DNA of 64,000 nt from Sphingobacteriales bacterium. GTDB lineage: Bacteria; Bacteroidota; Bacteroidia; UKL13-3. The translations under genes were made by a program, and so were the position numbers. A model generated the notes under the pieces. It did not search any database. It saw nothing but the letters and a program-made list of their open reading frames with translations, and was not told the DNA's origin. The stretch covers positions 78,079-142,078 of the forward strand of contig JAJTFA010000003.1 of NCBI GenBank assembly GCA_021299635.1, in the 5' to 3' direction. Below, in pieces: positions 62,501-64,000 of this stretch (position 1 is the stretch's first letter; every line of letters begins with the position of its first letter).

Positions 62501-64000
62501 TCGCTCAGCCATCGGATATGTAAATGCTGTAGGCTCTAATGTAACACTGGAGCAAACGCTTGCCAACCCAAGTGCAAATAAAAACAGAGGAGATGTATCG
62601 CAATTGGATATTGAAAACTCATTGCGCTTTAACAACGGTTTGGTTATTGGAACAGTAAATGCTGCCGGCTTAAGAAGAATATTGGAACACGGTATTTCTG
62701 CAACGCTGCCGGGTGCTACACCGGGTCAATTCCCTCAGGTAGGTGGGGTGCAGTTTAGCTACGATACCACGCGCCCGCGCGGCAGTGAGATACTTTCGCT
62801 GGTTGTTACCGACTCAGCCGGAAACCGCTTGGATACCATTGTGCGCAATGGATTGCTGGTGGGCGATACCACACGTACGTTTAAATTGGTAACCCTTAAC
62901 TTCCTGTTCACCGGGGGCGATTCGTATCCGTTTCCTGCCAATGCTACCAACAGGGTAAATCTGGATACAGCAATAAAAAATACAGGCATCGCCACCTTTG
63001 CGGCTATTGGCAGTGAGCAAGATGCGTTTGCCGAATACATGGGTACTTTTCATACGGCTACTCCTTTCAATGTAAGAGATACTTCATTGATTGGCGACAG
63101 AAGAATTCAGTTGCTTAATGCACGACCAGATGCGATTTTTCCAGAAACTAATCCGCCATCTACTATACTACAGGCAAGAAATATTTCTGCTCCAAATCTT
63201 GTGCGTATCAGAGGCGTAGTTACCCGTGCATGGGGCCGATTCATTTATGTGCAGGATGCTACAGCTGCTATTGGTGTTCGTCAATCTGCAGGTGCTATGG
63301 TTGATTCCATCACCTCAGGTGGTTTAAGAGCAGGGGATAGTGTAGAAGTAATTGCCAATAGAAATGACTTTAACAATTATGCGCAAATTCAATTAGCAAG
63401 TGGTGCATACACACCAACAAATACTGTTATTAAACTAGCAAGCAATAGACCACTTCCTGCTGCGCAAACCATTACTGTAAAACAATTTTTAGCTAACCCT
63501 GAAAGCTTTGAAAGTGAATTGGTGCGTATTGTAAATCTGAGAACAGGCAGTACTGGTAATTTTGCAGCCAGCACTAATTATACCGTATGGGATGGAACCA
63601 CCACAGGCGATACCACAGTGCTGCGTGTGATTGCAGCAGCCGATACTGAAATTGATGATGCACCGGCATTGGCTATACCATCAGGCCAATTTACTTTTGA
63701 AGGCACCGTTATCCAATTCTGTTCATCGCCTACAAGCGGTTGTGCAACAGGGTATCAATTGCAGGGTGTACGCAAATCAGACATAATTCCGCAGTTGGGT
63801 ACATTTAACTTGGTAGGTCCTGCATCGGGCACACGCTTGGTTACCTCATCGGGTAATACAAATAATGTTGTCATCAACTGGACCCGCTCTTCCAATGCCA
63901 TTCGTTACCGCTGGTACTTGGATGTTCCTGCCGGCAGCTTTAATCCCGGCTTGTATTCACAGCTTTCAAACAATAACGGAGCTGATACCTTGCTAACATT
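59520..64000 (+). CDS. Large secreted multidomain 5'-nucleotidase/UDP-sugar-hydrolase-family protein, 3'-truncated by the window edge
   Basis: Hand translation from the ATG at 59520 stays open to the window end (more than 1490 aa) and has a signal peptide ([27 protein letters not shown]). The N-terminal ~500 aa look like a phytase-like / choice-of-anchor-I beta-propeller (..[21 protein letters not shown].., ..[30 protein letters not shown].., ..GPEGIVFIP..). The 5'-nucleotidase metallophosphatase motifs follow ([40 protein letters not shown]), then a 5'-nucleotidase C-terminal domain (..[16 protein letters not shown].. ..[16 protein letters not shown]..), then a further OB/Ig-like region. It is absent from the ORF track because no stop occurs in the window. 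Confidence 0.75.
   Translation, partial: [1493 protein letters not shown]

Overview
The window reads as a chromosomal segment from a Bacteroidota-type genome, probably a Chitinophagaceae/Sphingobacteriia-like organism at roughly 40% GC, with an unusually high density of Type IX secretion system (T9SS) cargo genes among ordinary housekeeping genes. The phylum call rests on three things seen directly: repeated T9SS C-terminal sorting domains (the ...VYPNP...G.Y...K.VK type), Bacteroidota-style TTTG/TAnnTTTG promoter boxes, and the gene content. Housekeeping genes recognised by conserved motifs are gap, purL, prfA, ftsH, metG, frr, pyrH, tsf, rpsB, rpsI, rplM, pyk, acpP, fabF and rnc, plus tRNA-Glu(TTC) and tRNA-Arg(CCT). 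The T9SS cargo genes are a 4265-aa beta-helix giant protein, an endonuclease-I-family nuclease, a 1234-aa LamG/PKD-like protein, a YHYH-family protein, a small Kazal-domain protein and probably the two edge-truncated genes. Other accessory content is an MbnP-like protein followed by a di-haem cytochrome c peroxidase and the YHYH protein, a HepT/MNT toxin-antitoxin pair with a bacterial SET-domain gene beside it, and a persulfide-dioxygenase-like MBL protein fused to two rhodanese domains. Next to tRNA-Glu sits a tandem array of roughly 95-nt structured repeats that share the tRNA 3' end. A permuted tRNA-derived fragment followed by nested hairpins lies just upstream of tRNA-Arg. I saw no CRISPR array, transposase, integrase or reverse transcriptase. 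The six-frame track omits ORFs that run off the window edges, so the two terminal CDSs (1..504 minus strand, 59520..64000 plus strand) were translated by hand.
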